NCBI GenBank assembly: GCA_051362555.1
Contig: CM120641.1
Location: forward strand, 17,546,001 to 17,610,000
Source: Lingula anatina
Lineage: Eukaryota; Animalia; Brachiopoda
Direction: 5' to 3'
Length of the DNA: 64,000 nt
Shown piece by piece: positions 41,201-54,744 of the stretch. The notes below the pieces were generated by a model, which saw nothing but the letters and a program-made list of their open reading frames with translations, was not told the DNA's origin and searched no databases. Made by a program: the position numbers and the translations under genes. Every line of letters begins with the position of its first letter. The stretch's first letter is position 1.

Positions 41201-42289
41201 TGCTGCGCGAAAGTTTTTGTAATCAGTTAATGGTTCGACAGTATGTTTCTTCTTTTCTGGTTACGTGACATGCACTTTGAAAGCATTCATTTCGGTTTTA
41301 TTTGGGCCAACTACTTTACAAAATGTAACCTTGGTTTTGTAACTTTATCGTACTTTGTGATTCTCTCAGTGATTTCAACAACACTATCTCGATTCTATTA
41401 CAAACGCAAACATAATTTGAACGAGAAGGTCAGTACTCTGAGTACAAGGCAGCTTTGTGAATCAATAAAACAAAACCATGAAAATTTAAAGACCACCCCT
41501 CTTCATAATTACCCTGTTTGGACATTATAAAACGCCCGAGCTAGTAGGAAAAATGATAGCAATTACTTTTCATTAAAAATTGATCGAACGTGCTGCGTGT
41601 CGGCCAGATTTGGAAGCAAACCTTTTATTTCCGATATTAATGAAGTAAACCGATGGAGTTGAAAGGCGAATGTGTAGTTAGCATGCACCCTAAATGCATT
41701 GCAACCTAAATGAGGTCAATCCAATATCTTCTTGTCAGAAGTCTGTGACAGTATCTGTATGGCATCGACAACCGTGACATGAATGCAAAGAAACGAAGAT
41801 ATAAAACAGCATGTGCGTTTGGAAGTCAAATAAAAGCTCGTTTGGGAACAAAGAAGCAATTCTGTGAAATACCCTGTGCCAGCGGTGAAACCTTTTTTCA
41901 ATCTGCTTGCAATAAATGCGAAGCAGCATGTTGTTAAGCTGAACATAATAAAATGTATCTGACAGAAAATTAAGATAAAGCAAAAACGTCATAAATCTCA
42001 CCATCAAAAGCTTTCTTTATTACAGAACTCCAAAACCCTACGGGGTTACCCAATAAAAAATTAATTCACCTCCTCTCCCTGTACATGAGGTAGTTTTCAA
42101 AGACGAGTGTAGTAGTCATTCGTTAGCATACGTGTAGTGGGTCTTTTCTGTGTTGATTTTTTATGAACAGCCCAGTGTGCACTATTCACCGTTTACGCAA
42201 TTTATAGAAAATCGTGTCGACTTTTTATAGACTTGCAGTAATTTATGCCACTAACATACGTGTCAAGTTCGAATAACAGCCTTACTGGG

Positions 42290-42552
42290 TTATTTTTTTA
42301 TGAAGTTATGCAATTTTCTGTGAAATTTTCATTTTTGTCATATTAGCATGTTCAATGTGTAACTTACAAATACCATGGGACTTAAGCCCATTACAAATTC
42401 TTAAACGTTCATGTAACCTATAGTATTAAAAATTGGCGGCGATTATGCGGTTAAAAAGGATAACAACAAATTCAAAATAAAACATACTGTGCAGTAGCAT
42501 TTTTTAAAATTCGGTTTGTGTCTGTACATTTGACAACTTTGCTGTCTTTTTT
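42290..42552 (+). mobile_element. Family B Helentron-like fragment including terminus
   Basis: GAAGTTATGCAATTTT..CCATGGGACTTAAGC unit and terminus TGTCTGTACATTTGACAACTTTGCTGTCTT, matching 57152-57182. Confidence 0.65.
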
Positions 42553-44059
42553 TAAAGCCTATTAATTGTGTATTAATGACAATTTTGTAAAAAATATGCT
42601 AAGCTAACATTGATTTGCAGGAAAGGTTACTGTTATCTTGCGTACAATACGTAGTAGAAATATCAAAGCTGTTTGGTGTCTTTTTTACTGCATCTTTGGT
42701 GTGTACCGCCAAAGATGGCGGTTTTCGTTCGCTGTCTTGTTCTAATGGGCGGTCTGCAAATAAACCATTTTTATTCTAAAAGTGTGTGGTTGACATCCTA
42801 ACGTTTCGTTCCTCTTTATCAGCAGTAGAAAACTAATAGGAAAGCATGAATAGAGTGTGCTCGAGTAGGCCAAGATCATTCTCTGACTGCACAGTAAAAT
42901 GATACTTGTTATTGTCATTTCATTTCCTATCACGACGTGTTGCTACAGACAACAGTATAGCTCGTAAATGACATTTTAAGAGTAGAAAGAGACCATTGTG
43001 CATCAAGTCACGAAATGCCATCGGTACCCTTACCTATGTAGACAGAAGATCGATTGAAATAGGCTTAGCAAAGCAAAGGGGGATAATTGTATGGGGTGAG
43101 GTGGGAACTTTTGGTACCAAAATATCTCCTGTCCTAGTTATCTTTACTTTAAATATTGCATTGCTTCTGTCTCAAATCTGTTGAGGACATGGCTATTTCA
43201 AATATAATCATAGCCTGAAAGAGGCATAAAGGTGCCTAAATTCGTTCAATTCCTGCAATGATGTGATTTTCCAGAATACGGGGCCAATTGGAGTCCATTA
43301 AGGTAAAGGTTGAACTTCCGCGGGCTTGAAAAGCCACAATCAAGATGCTCCTTGGTCATTTGGGAAAGCTAAGCGGGTTGGTCTCTAGCCACCAAACTGG
43401 ATAACCGGACTCCATCTGGGTAATTTAAAAATGCTATTTTTCCCCACGCAGTATATCAAAAGAATATCTTACGTGAGCAATAGGATTACGTAAGATAGGC
43501 AATCATTTACCATGAAAAAAGCGTACGAGTGGGAAAATCCTCAATCATAAGCACACGGAAAGAGTTGGCCACTGTCTATGTCAGACTTACAGAGAATACT
43601 AGTACATTACGAAACAACATATGCACTATACAAATAAGATAAAAGTAATTAATCGGATAAACGGGCTGTTAAACACATAACAGCAAAATAAATAAATAAA
43701 TAAAAATAAAACTCTGAGCAAAATTTCTTGAAGAAACTATTTAGAGAAACGTCATAGAATCTTAAGCCGCCAATGGAGACCTGGAGTTTACAGTGGAATA
43801 TCGGTGTACGAATAGCAAAGAGAGATTCTAAGAGAGTGCTCAGTAGTTCAAAGCTTGCAGGCTTGTAAGAATCTATATCTTTTTGCAATACTTGCACTTT
43901 TTTTAAAAGTATATCAAATTAGCACTGCCAGTGGTGGATAATTTCTCATACGTCAATAGAAGAGTTGTGCTGATTTTGTAAAACTGTGTAATTTTTTTTT
44001 TATTTATATGAAAAAAATCATGGGCGATTAATTCCGTCATTTACTATATGTACTATAAA

Positions 44060-44404
44060 ATGAACAAATTGTCTGACTGTGGATTTTACAACAGCATTCA
44101 TGGCCCTGGTTCCCGTCCAAGCCAGTATCCAGTATATAGTTCACACAAGCCCCAATATTGGTCATTTCTCAGATTGCCCGTGACATCGACTCGGATTGCC
44201 CAAGTATCATATCATCGCCAGATCTACCCGGTTATTGTCTACCTGGTCAATTCAAATAAAACCAATGTGTGAGGATGGTCGGCTCAGTTCCTAGTTAAAA
44301 CTCACCTAATCGAAATAGCACGATTCGGAGTTGAGCACGTGTGTTTTGACAGCGCCCCTTGCTGCAGTGATAATAAATAATAATAATAATAATAAAAATA
44401 ATAA
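44060..44404 (+). mobile_element. Possible degenerate SINE with (TAA)n tail
   Basis: GC-richer ~300 bp body with a degenerate B-box-like GGTTCCCGTCC, ending in GACAGCGCC and a (TAA)n tail. Confidence 0.35.
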
Positions 44405-47400
44405 GTGATGGATAAATGAATTAAAAGGCTTCTTAGGCCTCTCACCTTGAACGTAGATACCTATGCGCTGAACGGTTCAAGTTAACCAAAATGAATGGGA
44501 AATAATAAAAAAGGGTTGAAGTGTCTCGCCCCCCCCCCCCCAACCCCCCACCCCCGTCGTGGACATAATTAAGAAAATGAAGAGGTGAATTGCTTGCATG
44601 AAGCACTATTCGGTCATCAAGTGACCTTCATCAGCTGCAAGTCCAGGAGGAAAAAAGAGGGGGGGGGGGGGGGTCCATGTATATCACCTGGTATACTGAT
44701 AGTTTCACAAGGGTCACTTATTTTTGCAATAGTAGTTCAACAAAAATGTCTCGCCTCTGTAACCGTGATTCTTGACAAATTTAAGTTCATACAAATTAAA
44801 GTTCACAAGTGTCTCGCTTCAACGAGGGTGATTGCCTAATATACTGTAATCAATTCCAGCTCGAACTGGAGAGTTAACACACGAGGTGCCGAAAGCGTGG
44901 GCCAATATGGCGACTGAAGGCCGTAGAAACTCAGTTAGCCCTAGCTGCCTTTGTCCATATGACCCTCAGTTTTACTCGTATTGATGCGGGATTTTGATTT
45001 CTCAGCCAATGAAGGTGTCGGCTTAGGTTTTATCCATTATTTAAATGATAAACATACATGTACGACAGTTTTTATAACTTAATGCGATATTTTATACAAA
45101 CAGTGATATAGTGGTATCCAAACGCACTCTGTAAAGTCTTCAAAAATGACAAATGATCCTACTAGTTCAAATTTCGTATGCCTTCAGTTACCACATACAC
45201 GTTGAGAGTATTCAAATAGCCCTTCACTACTCCTATTTGTTGAAGCTACAATTAAACTTGACACATCTTGTTCAAATGAATAGTACGTCTTGGTGAAGGT
45301 ACAGTCAATTGAGCCAAAACACTGATACTGAAATCTATCTGACATTTTGTAAATGAACCCATTTATTAAACTCACAGCTCGTTCCACGCAGTAGGTGCCA
45401 TATTTTTGAACAATCTTTTATCCTTGTCTAATCAGATCTACGACATAAAAATCTTGTTTGTGAGTGAAAAAAAAACAATTCTTCATTTTCTCATTTTTAA
45501 CATATTATCCTTTGCGTTTCAAACACCTGAGCTGTGACTTGTCAATTATATGGCGCAGTATTACGTGAAAGCTACAGCAAGGGCCATGTACTGCAAATAC
45601 TTGTGCTACATGGGTAATGTTAGTATTAGCAGTCATTTTACATATAATACTGGTTATAGATAATACTGGTTATAGATAGATAGATAGATATAAAAAATGA
45701 AATAATGTAAACAGTAGGAGTGGTCATTCAGGAAATAATATGTAAAGACTATTTCAGTAGGAGTAGATTTAGAGAGAAGATTCAAAGTTTTTACATGTAA
45801 GAACAGTTCGACCCGGTTTTATCAAACCACGCAATGCATTAGCATTTGTTACATCTGGAAAAATACTTGATATCCAGCCCTAAGCGAGAGTATAGTAAAA
45901 CAAAAAATAAAACATCAGACATTTTCAAAATCCCTCAGGGACAAACAGTGTATTAGGTAGGTCTATGCGTTAAGATGCTAGCTGTAAATAAGTATTCAAA
46001 TAAAAAGAATTGCAGGAAAAAAACAGATGGAGCTGAACAGCACTGGTCGTACGTACATAAAGATGGTCGACGTTTGTTGTTTTTTATTCGTGATTCAAGT
46101 AGGTGAATGTATTTTTAATATAAATGGTAATGACTAATAGGTCGAGTCAAACAAGTGTATAGAAGTGAAATAATGACGATGGAGGAACCGTCAATACGCT
46201 ACGCTTGATATACTAATCAATCACGCAGTTTCAACGTCCAACAAATATTTGACTTTGCAAACAATATGGATTGATCAGTCATTAACTGGAATGTGCTGTG
46301 GCTCTGAGAAAGAGTTCATTTAATCTACGCAACAGCACTGTTTGACCCATAGATAATGGCACAGGCTGTCGTTCAGAAACTCCGCTTTTATACCACGTAT
46401 ATAATCTTGTTTTAAGCTATTTCGAAGAACAGGCAGGTCATTACAATCTAGCAAACAAAGGTTATTTATTCCCAAAGGCCACTTCCATATCACAAATAAG
46501 CATTTAAGTGAATCAAGACCAGGGTCATACTGAATTATCTACCGAAACGCTAAGTGAATAACAATATACCATCGCCGTTAATGACTCAAAAATTGCAGTC
46601 TGGACTCTTAACAGAATAATATGATGGACACCAATTTTATTTTAAGTGCAGGTTATGAAGAGCAGTTCAATGGAGTGGTGAAATTATGAAGACAAATGAT
46701 GCTCTTTGCAAAAGAATATGGTGTTAAACTTCACTAAAACACTGCACTTCATTGTTGAAATATACTGTATTAGCCGGAAATTGCATCAAAGCATTATATC
46801 ATTAGGTGTAATTCAATTTTTCTATCAACAATACAGATCAGCCTCTTGGGAGTTTTGGGATATGTATTCTATCGCCGGACTTCTGCTGCGCAGTGATAGG
46901 CAGGACGAATTTTAATACGGTGTCCTGGAGACAGGTTTTATGTATCTGTACGGTCAGTGGTGCGCATGTTTACATACCGCCTAATTTTTGTTTTTACAAT
47001 TCTGCGTTACAAAAATAACGTGAGCGACCTTCTCGGTCGCTTATGTTTTTAAGAACAAAATGTCTTACTACAATTGTCCTTTTTTCATTTGCATTCACCA
47101 GAGAGTTTAAGATCGTTTTTGTCTCTGCGCATGTAAACATTGTAAGCAGTCCACCTGGAGTTGCTAAAATGAGTTACAGTAATGAGTTTTTTTTTAAGAT
47201 TCATGTAATATTCATATCTTTATTTTCTATTTTCTTTGTGTCGAAGTTCATTCAGCAAATTAAGAAATTAATTAAACCAAAACATTTCTTATAGGCATGT
47301 CAGACCTTTTGCAATACCCAATCGTTCGACGGTGAAGTCTTCGCTTGATTAGTGCTTTTAAAAAAGATATCAAATGAGAACGGCTTTGAGTTTGTTAGTT

Positions 47401-47569
47401 ATAATTTTGTTTTGTCATCCTTCCAAATGGAAATTTTTAAAAATGTTTCTTCCAGAAAGCGGAATTACTTTGATTTTGGCACATGAGCTACTATAGAGAG
47501 GAATTAAGGGCTGGAAATGGAATGGAATGCTTGTATCCTTTGTCCCAGCTGGCTTAATTACCTAACCAT

Positions 47570-47660
47570 GGCTCATTCCCAATGAAACTCTCGTTCTACG
47601 TAGATCGATCCAACTCTGCGGAGACTGTCGCTGAATCTAAGTAGATTAACAGATTAACTA
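47570..47660 (+). mobile_element. MITE arm fragment (GGCTCATTCCCA family)
   Basis: GGCTCATTCCCAATGAAA..TACGTAGATCGATCCAACTCTGCGGAGACTGTCGCTGAAT matches 2836-2902. Confidence 0.6.
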
Positions 47661-49362
47661 AGATATATAGCACTAGTAGGCTACCCTCTACCAGGGTGAC
47701 AGATTGATTTTCCACAGATATTCACAGATATGTCTCTAGATAAATAGACGGTCATTTTGGTCTGTTGTCAACAGACATAGTAGGCCTATCTGCACAGTGC
47801 AAAAAAATAATAAATATAATTTACAATACGTATTCTACATGCACCTTGCATATATGTGATGCATACAACGAATTATGTTGTTGCCGAATCACTGTTTGAA
47901 TTTACAACATTAAATGCCTTGGTGATTCTAGATTCAATTTCAACGGAAAAGGGCTTTTTCTAAAATACAATACGACAAATACTAAAATACAATACGTCTT
48001 TACAGTGTTATTCATTACACGAGAGACTTCTACTACAGGCAAAGACTTCGTCAAATAACGTTCAAGGACATCATTTGAAGAGTTATGTAGAACTAAAAAA
48101 GCAATCTTTTTTTACCGCAGAACATTTAGATATCCCCTAATGGGGTACAAGATAACTAATTATGATATTTAGTGGTCTGTCCATGCTTGTGAGTATCTGC
48201 AGTGCAGACTCCCCTGTGTCTAGACTAACGGTCATTACCTGCACCTTCCCACATGGTGACTACCTTGGCTGTTATTCTGTAAAGACTTCCCCTCGATCAA
48301 TTCCTTGCTTGAGATTTCCCTGGAGTTTCTCATACTTTAACCTTACTGCATACCCTAATAAACATGTAAACTTTCTACTCGGTTTTGGGGATTCATTAAG
48401 CCGCGGTGTCGGTTTCACGTGAACCTGCATCGCTCTTTGCCTGAGAGTGTTTTCATCTTTGTTGACACTCTTGATGCTATAGTTCTTTCAGTTGCCTTTA
48501 TTTGCTTGAAATTTCTACCAACAGGGTTCAGTTACAAATTTTTGTTTAATTCCCACATTGAACAATGATAGAAGTAGGTGCATCAAGAGACTTTAGATTT
48601 AGCGACTTTATTAAACTGGCACAAAAACCTTGCAAAATGGATTGCCAGATAGATTGAATTTCTCACATCAGCGGATTCAAACCAAATCTCAAGGGCACCG
48701 TAGGCAGTTTCATGTCAAATTGGAAAGAAATGGGACGTCAGAAAAACGAATGGCCAAAGAGTCAAATTGTACTAGAATTCGTTTTAATGGAAGACTGTGC
48801 AGCTGGGTTGGCGAACGCACAAACCGCTCCGAGGCAGGTTCTGCATTAATGCGGATCTCTTACAGCCCACACGACTTCTAATTAGTCACAGCAACTTATG
48901 TGCATCCTGCGTGTCCCTGTTCTCATCTATAGGTAACAAACTGTTGTTTCAGGTTGATCCAGGCATGAATGATAACCAGCTAGAGAATTGGCACCTTTTT
49001 AGGCCGACAAAGAACAGATGATATAGAGATAATTTCCTCGATAAGGAAGATCAATAGATCCAACTAGACGATCTCCTTGGATGCTTGGGGACTGCAGTCA
49101 ACACAAGTATATTAAATTCAACCGGCTGTTGTCATGAAAATTGCCCATTATTGATATGCCCATCTCTCTCCCTCTCTCTGTCACTCTCTCTCTCTCTCTT
49201 GCCCTTACTCTTTTTCCACCAAACGAGTATATTTCATCAATAAAAAGACCCAACATGTGAATGTTAGGATATATTTAAATGTTTGCATAATCGCAGTTTA
49301 TAAGATATAGTGCTTTTAAAGATGTGCTAATGTGATTAAGAATATTTGCCGTTACGCCAGGC

Positions 49363-49394
<32 letters not shown>

Positions 49395-50519
49395 GGGGGG
49401 TTCGGGGGAATCCAACTATTATTGTCACTCTGAAATGTTTGTTTTGACTACGTACTAATTTACCCTAAAAGTATTCATTGTCGCTTTTAACGTCACTGCA
49501 TTAGTCACATATATAATTCATATTATATTGCCCATGCAATTTATCAATGGAAAATGTTTGAAAGGTTTGAGGATTGCTGATGCGAGTGGTGGCATACCAT
49601 CGCTTTTGCCTTCTTTGTTGTTAGGAAGTCAGCAAAGAGACTAAAATGGCGTCTTAGAGCAACCCAAAAATGCTCCTATCTTATTTTGCTCCAATGTACC
49701 ATTAACATGCCATGCACCTAATATTTGGAGAAAACTGCTAGAAAAGGGCTTTTTATACAGATATGATTTTAAAACGACATATACAAATGTACTTACTGAT
49801 TCCATTTAATCGGATATGGTGTGTAGGAAGAGATATTCCATTTCTAGGTATATTTCGATGGTTTTACTGTATTTCGTTTATTCGTTATCAAAAGTTGAAT
49901 CTTGTTATAATTTATGGCTGTTTCTGCACATGGCATGGCTTTCCAACTATGCAGAAAGCTTCTGTGTATAAATAATTAATAATTAAATATCGTCTTTTTA
50001 CAAATAAAAAACATGTTAGTAAATCAGACAATGCAAATATAAGAAAAATTAGACATGAATTCAAAAATGTGCTCATACAGGTATGTAGGTTGGGGTTAAC
50101 AAGGCAGTAGATTGCTGGCTGACAAGCACTGAAAACTGCCCATTAAACGAATTGTTTGTTCTTAAGTACATTCCCGTTTTTTTTTTTTAAAGCACGTTTT
50201 TATTGAATACCGTAATACCTATAAAACTGGAATCAGTCTTATCATGGCTTCAGTGGTCATCAGGTCACTGTCTAACTTTTAAATCTTGCAAGTTCCATTA
50301 TCGTGTCCTCCCTTAATGAGCACCGGTTTAAATGTCGTTATCAGGTGGACCCAAACAGTGGGAAGGCAAGGGTTAATCTAAGGCTGACATAATAATGCAA
50401 ATCAATTATGGCACATTCTCAACTGATATCTCACTCTATCTGCCAGAGGTGACTTCGGGGGTAAGTACTAAATAAGGCACTGCCCACGAGCCCGATATAC
50501 AGAATAGCATGCCAAACGA

Positions 50520-50940
50520 TAGCTAGGACTATAGGGGGAAGCAGTGCCTCATTTGCCATACCTATACAAAGGGAAATTGTACATCTTTCCCACCCAAAAC
50601 CCCAAATTTCGAATAGAATACGATGATATCACCTCCACTGATATCACTGATATCAGACCCACGGTATGTACCTCCAGGTTTCATCTTGAGGGCACACTTG
50701 CTCACGGTTCTCGTGCGGTTAGTGATTTGTTGCAGATCGAAACACAATGGTCTAAAAATGAAACAACCGTCTTTGAGCCCTGATATTAACCCTACTGATC
50801 ACCTGAGGAATGGTCCGGAATTGCCAATAGCTCCAGTTTCCAGTGCACTCATGCACTTATATAATGGACAGATTTGTGAGAAAATCTTGATCAGAATAGT
50901 GATCCTAGAAGGGACACTGTTGTCGTTGTTTGAACAAAAA
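50520..50940 (+). pseudogene. Decayed Tc1/mariner transposase fragment (DDE region)
   Basis: FHLEGTLAHGSRAVSDLLQ (cf. FQQDNAPxHxSxxVxxxL) followed, after a frameshift, by PSLSPDINPTDHLRN (cf. WPxxSPDLNPIEHLW) at the expected spacing. Confidence 0.55.
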
Positions 50941-53104
50941 TTATAATGATAGTACCAAAGCTTACACTTGCTACGTCTGTATCGGTAACTGTTATATAAA
51001 TTCAAACACTGAACAAGAACCCTGATCTAAAAATATAGTACAAATTAGACCTTTCCTTGCCACCTTAGAATAGGAATGATAGCAAAACCTCTAAGAAATT
51101 AATCTTTCACTTTAAAAAGTGATACTATATGTGAAGAAATAAAATGCAATAACATAACCTAGCAAAAACAAAATTAGGGGTGTAACTCGATCTTGTAGGA
51201 AATATGAGAAAGGACCAGATGGATTGCCGTTTACAAAGGTCATGCAGATGAACGAGAGTAAACTGAATAATGGAAATTAGCAGATATGTGAGACGAGAAG
51301 CGACAAAGTTTACAACCCTGACCATGCAGTCTTATATTTAAAAAAAACTTCACAACTAAAGATTTCTTATATATGTCACAGGCCTATTAACATTTACACT
51401 TAATGCATTATGCGATACTGGGATTAGTGGATTTAGAATATGCCTGGATTGGGACTGGGCCTACGACATACACATGCAAGCAGTACGTGTGAATGTCCAT
51501 CATTGAATGAAGGTGTATCGTACATTTTCTTACTACTAACACTAAAGCCTACCTCAGTGTCTAATAGCAATCATTCTGGTAGCCTACGCACCAAATCTTC
51601 CGAATGAAATGACTGACTGTTTAAACGGCTTCTGCACAATTTTCTGTATGTGCGTGTTTTAATGCCAACTGCAATGGCCTAATTGTATGAATGAAACTAC
51701 ACTTACGAAAATTAGGCTTTTATCGTTGCTGAACATTTAATTTTTGTGATAATGGTACTGTTTCGAATAACTGAACTTCTATTTATTGAAGGAAGGTTTG
51801 TCACATACTGGTAATATGGGATCCTCAGTTGAATGGGATTGCATGGACCTGATACCTAGCCACGATATTTGTGATTTCTATTCGTAAAAGCATTAATTCA
51901 ATCAACCTATAGTCAGTTAACTAGACAAAACATAAGTTACATAGACAACAAATGTCCAACAGGTTAGTCACTTTGGGCAGCATACAGTGACTACCTGTTC
52001 TTAGTCAAACTGACTAAAAGGATATTCAGCCTAGATAGACTACCGTATCTTTGTCGCTCTGAGTAACACGCAGACATTTTTGACAGTGTCGGGAACTTTT
52101 CTGGTCAATCTGATACTTATGATGGAGAAATGCCATTAACACACTGACCGAGCTTCACTATAAATTAGAATTATCCTTGTTTCTTTGAAATAACCACTAA
52201 AATGATCGGTAATCCCCTTCTATTTTCTTTTCGCGTAAACTTCAAAAAGTTAATAATTCTTCCTAGCAAAATGTTTCAATTTCTTTTCAAATAACAAGTG
52301 CACATATTCTAAACATTAACAAATAAAATCCTGAAATATGAATTTACTATTATGAAGTGCCGGCTGTGTATTGTTTGTGAAAGTGAGTTTACCAGCAATA
52401 ATCCTCATGTCTTGTTTTTCTCAAATACCCTCTGCTTTTTGCGGGACCATAGTGATTGTCGTTCACCACATGAAAGTAGTCGAAGACATGACAGACATTC
52501 GCTCACTTTTATTCCAATTTCGGTTCTGCATATTTTTTTCAACCTGACACAATAGGAAATGCGGGCAAAACGTTTTTCGCGAACAAAGCGTGGGCATTTG
52601 GGTGTCAGTAAAATAGCTTTATGATGAAATAAAACGTGATCTTATTTTTGGTGGTGGTGAGATAAATCTGGCAAAGATCGTGTTTCTCTTAACTCCACGC
52701 TACATTTTATGTGGTTGCGAAACCCACTTTTATTATTGTTGTTGTTTAACAGACTTGTAATAGGCACCAGGTTTACTGTTACTTGGTTTGCTGTCACTAA
52801 GTGAAGAGAGAAACGCGTCGTGGCGGTATTAAGCACCTTTAAGATACAGCCTCAAAGCAGTTTAACCTTTAAAACATATCCTTTAAGTCCGTTTTATATC
52901 TCACCAGATGCAAATAGGCACAGGGAGTTAAGTCGGCGTCTTTTAAGTTTTACTAATTAATTATTAAAATTGCCCTTTATCAGCAGGTTCTGAATTCTCA
53001 AGAAATAGCAATCTGGTGAAACCAATTAATCTGACAGAAGATCAAAACTGGAGCAGTTCATACAAGAAGCACATACGACCAGTAGAAGATAAATGGTCGT
53101 AACA

Positions 53105-53371
53105 TGAGAAAGCGAATGAGTGGAGGCTGGGTATGGGCATGTCAGACGAGGGAAAGAAACATATGTTGGGCAAAGAATGCTGGCAATGAAACCACCAGGA
53201 AAGAGAAAACGAGAGAGGCCGAGGAAAAAATTATGGACGCCATCAAGAAGGGTATGCAGGAATTGGGAGTGGGGGAGGACGATGCGCAAGACGGCGTGAG
53301 TGGAGACGTATGTGGGGACCCCTGAAAAGGGACAAGCCCGTAAGATAAAAAAGAAGAAGAAGAAGAAGATG
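53105..53371 (+). mobile_element. 5'-truncated RTE-clade LINE (Expander/Rex3-like) with (GAA)n tail and TSD
   Basis: YGHVRRGKETYVGQRMLAMKPPGKRKRERPRKK/MDAIKKGMQELGVGEDDAQD..WRR..GDP with frameshifts; (GAA)n tail; flanked by AATGGTCGTAACA at 53092-53104 and 53372-53384. Confidence 0.9.
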
Positions 53372-54744
53372 AATGGTCGTAACACGAGTGGTTTAATCTG
53401 CTTTGGAATGAAGCCCTTCAAACAAAGAACGATTCGTATTTGTGACGCAAGAAAGAGTCGAAGAGGAAGAAACCCAAGTAAAAGACATGAGAAGTAATGA
53501 GGATATTTCTCACGTATATGGATCGGGCTATCATAGCCACACTAGCCACACTATGCAACACAAATAAGTTAAAGACAGAAAAGGAAGCTCAAATGATAAA
53601 AAAGAAATAAAGAACAGCAGTTATTTTGCCCCGACCGGTTTCATTGCATGTTCAGGGGGTATATATATATATATGATGCCCCGAGGAAAGGAAGCTCAAA
53701 TCGAGTTCTTTAACCCTGCCTCTGCCCTTTGTAAAACCTTGGATCTGCCCTTAACATTGTATACCTCACTCAGTAAGAACAAAATGAATTATTTGATGAC
53801 AACTAAAGCCTAGATTACATTTGCCACGGGCGACATACGTTAAAATCGTATATGATCTTTTTTGACGTCGTTAGTGGCTATTATATGGGATGCGGCGAGT
53901 ATGTTTGCAAAATTACGTGCGATTGCCATGACATTTTTCCGACATGACCTTAAGGTTTGTTGGTTGAACAGTGATCGTACGAAGCCTTTTCGATCTCAGA
54001 ACAGTTGCAGCACGCCATCTCCTTTTGAAGATCGGAGTAGCCCCTTACAATCACACTAAATTTTTAACATATTCACAATCGTTATGCCTCAGAAAAAAGA
54101 AAAAAGGAAGGTCTCCAATGGTGGAAAAGAAAGAGACATACAACAAATTCGACCATTATCAGGATTACCGCAAGTCCATTGAACAATGACCGCATGGAAA
54201 CCTGTACAATGCCATCTACTGCCTACCGGTACTATGAGCTTACAGTTTCAAAGTTTTTCTTAAGTTTTAGCTTTACATTTTGGTGCCTTTTACCATTTTG
54301 TACATGTGCTGAGATAATCTAACAAACACCTTAAGGATTTTTAAAGTTGCAAAGGAGATAAATCCAAATAAAAATCGGCAATCCGGCTGGCTAGCATATG
54401 CCTGACATGTTGAGGCTTAAGGATTCTATTTTTGACAATGACAGTAACTGGACGACACCGATTGAATAAGGTTTCCTTTATGACTCGAGCATAAAAAGTT
54501 TCAAAACTACTTGGGATAACCATCAAAGTGAAGTTTTAGTCGTAAATTAAAACGTGCGAGTCGTCTGATTATCTCGTTTTCTCATTACTTTGAATCAATT
54601 ACTCTAAAGTATGATTACGTAATATAGACATTTGTAAATTGGCTGCCCTCCTTTTGCATAAGTTACAGTCGAAATAAATTAAATATGAGAAGAACATATG
54701 ACATTGGAATGGATATTCTTTTCTAACATTTAACATTTTCAAAG

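Noticed and set aside
48150-48420. Solo-LTR-like segment with AATAAA near its end
   Set aside because: No second copy, TG..CA boundaries or TSD that I can define.
48630-48881. ORF with TRIRFNGRLCSW..GSAL loosely like a LINE RT motif
   Set aside because: Too degenerate; no flanking KAFD or YxDD motifs recognisable.
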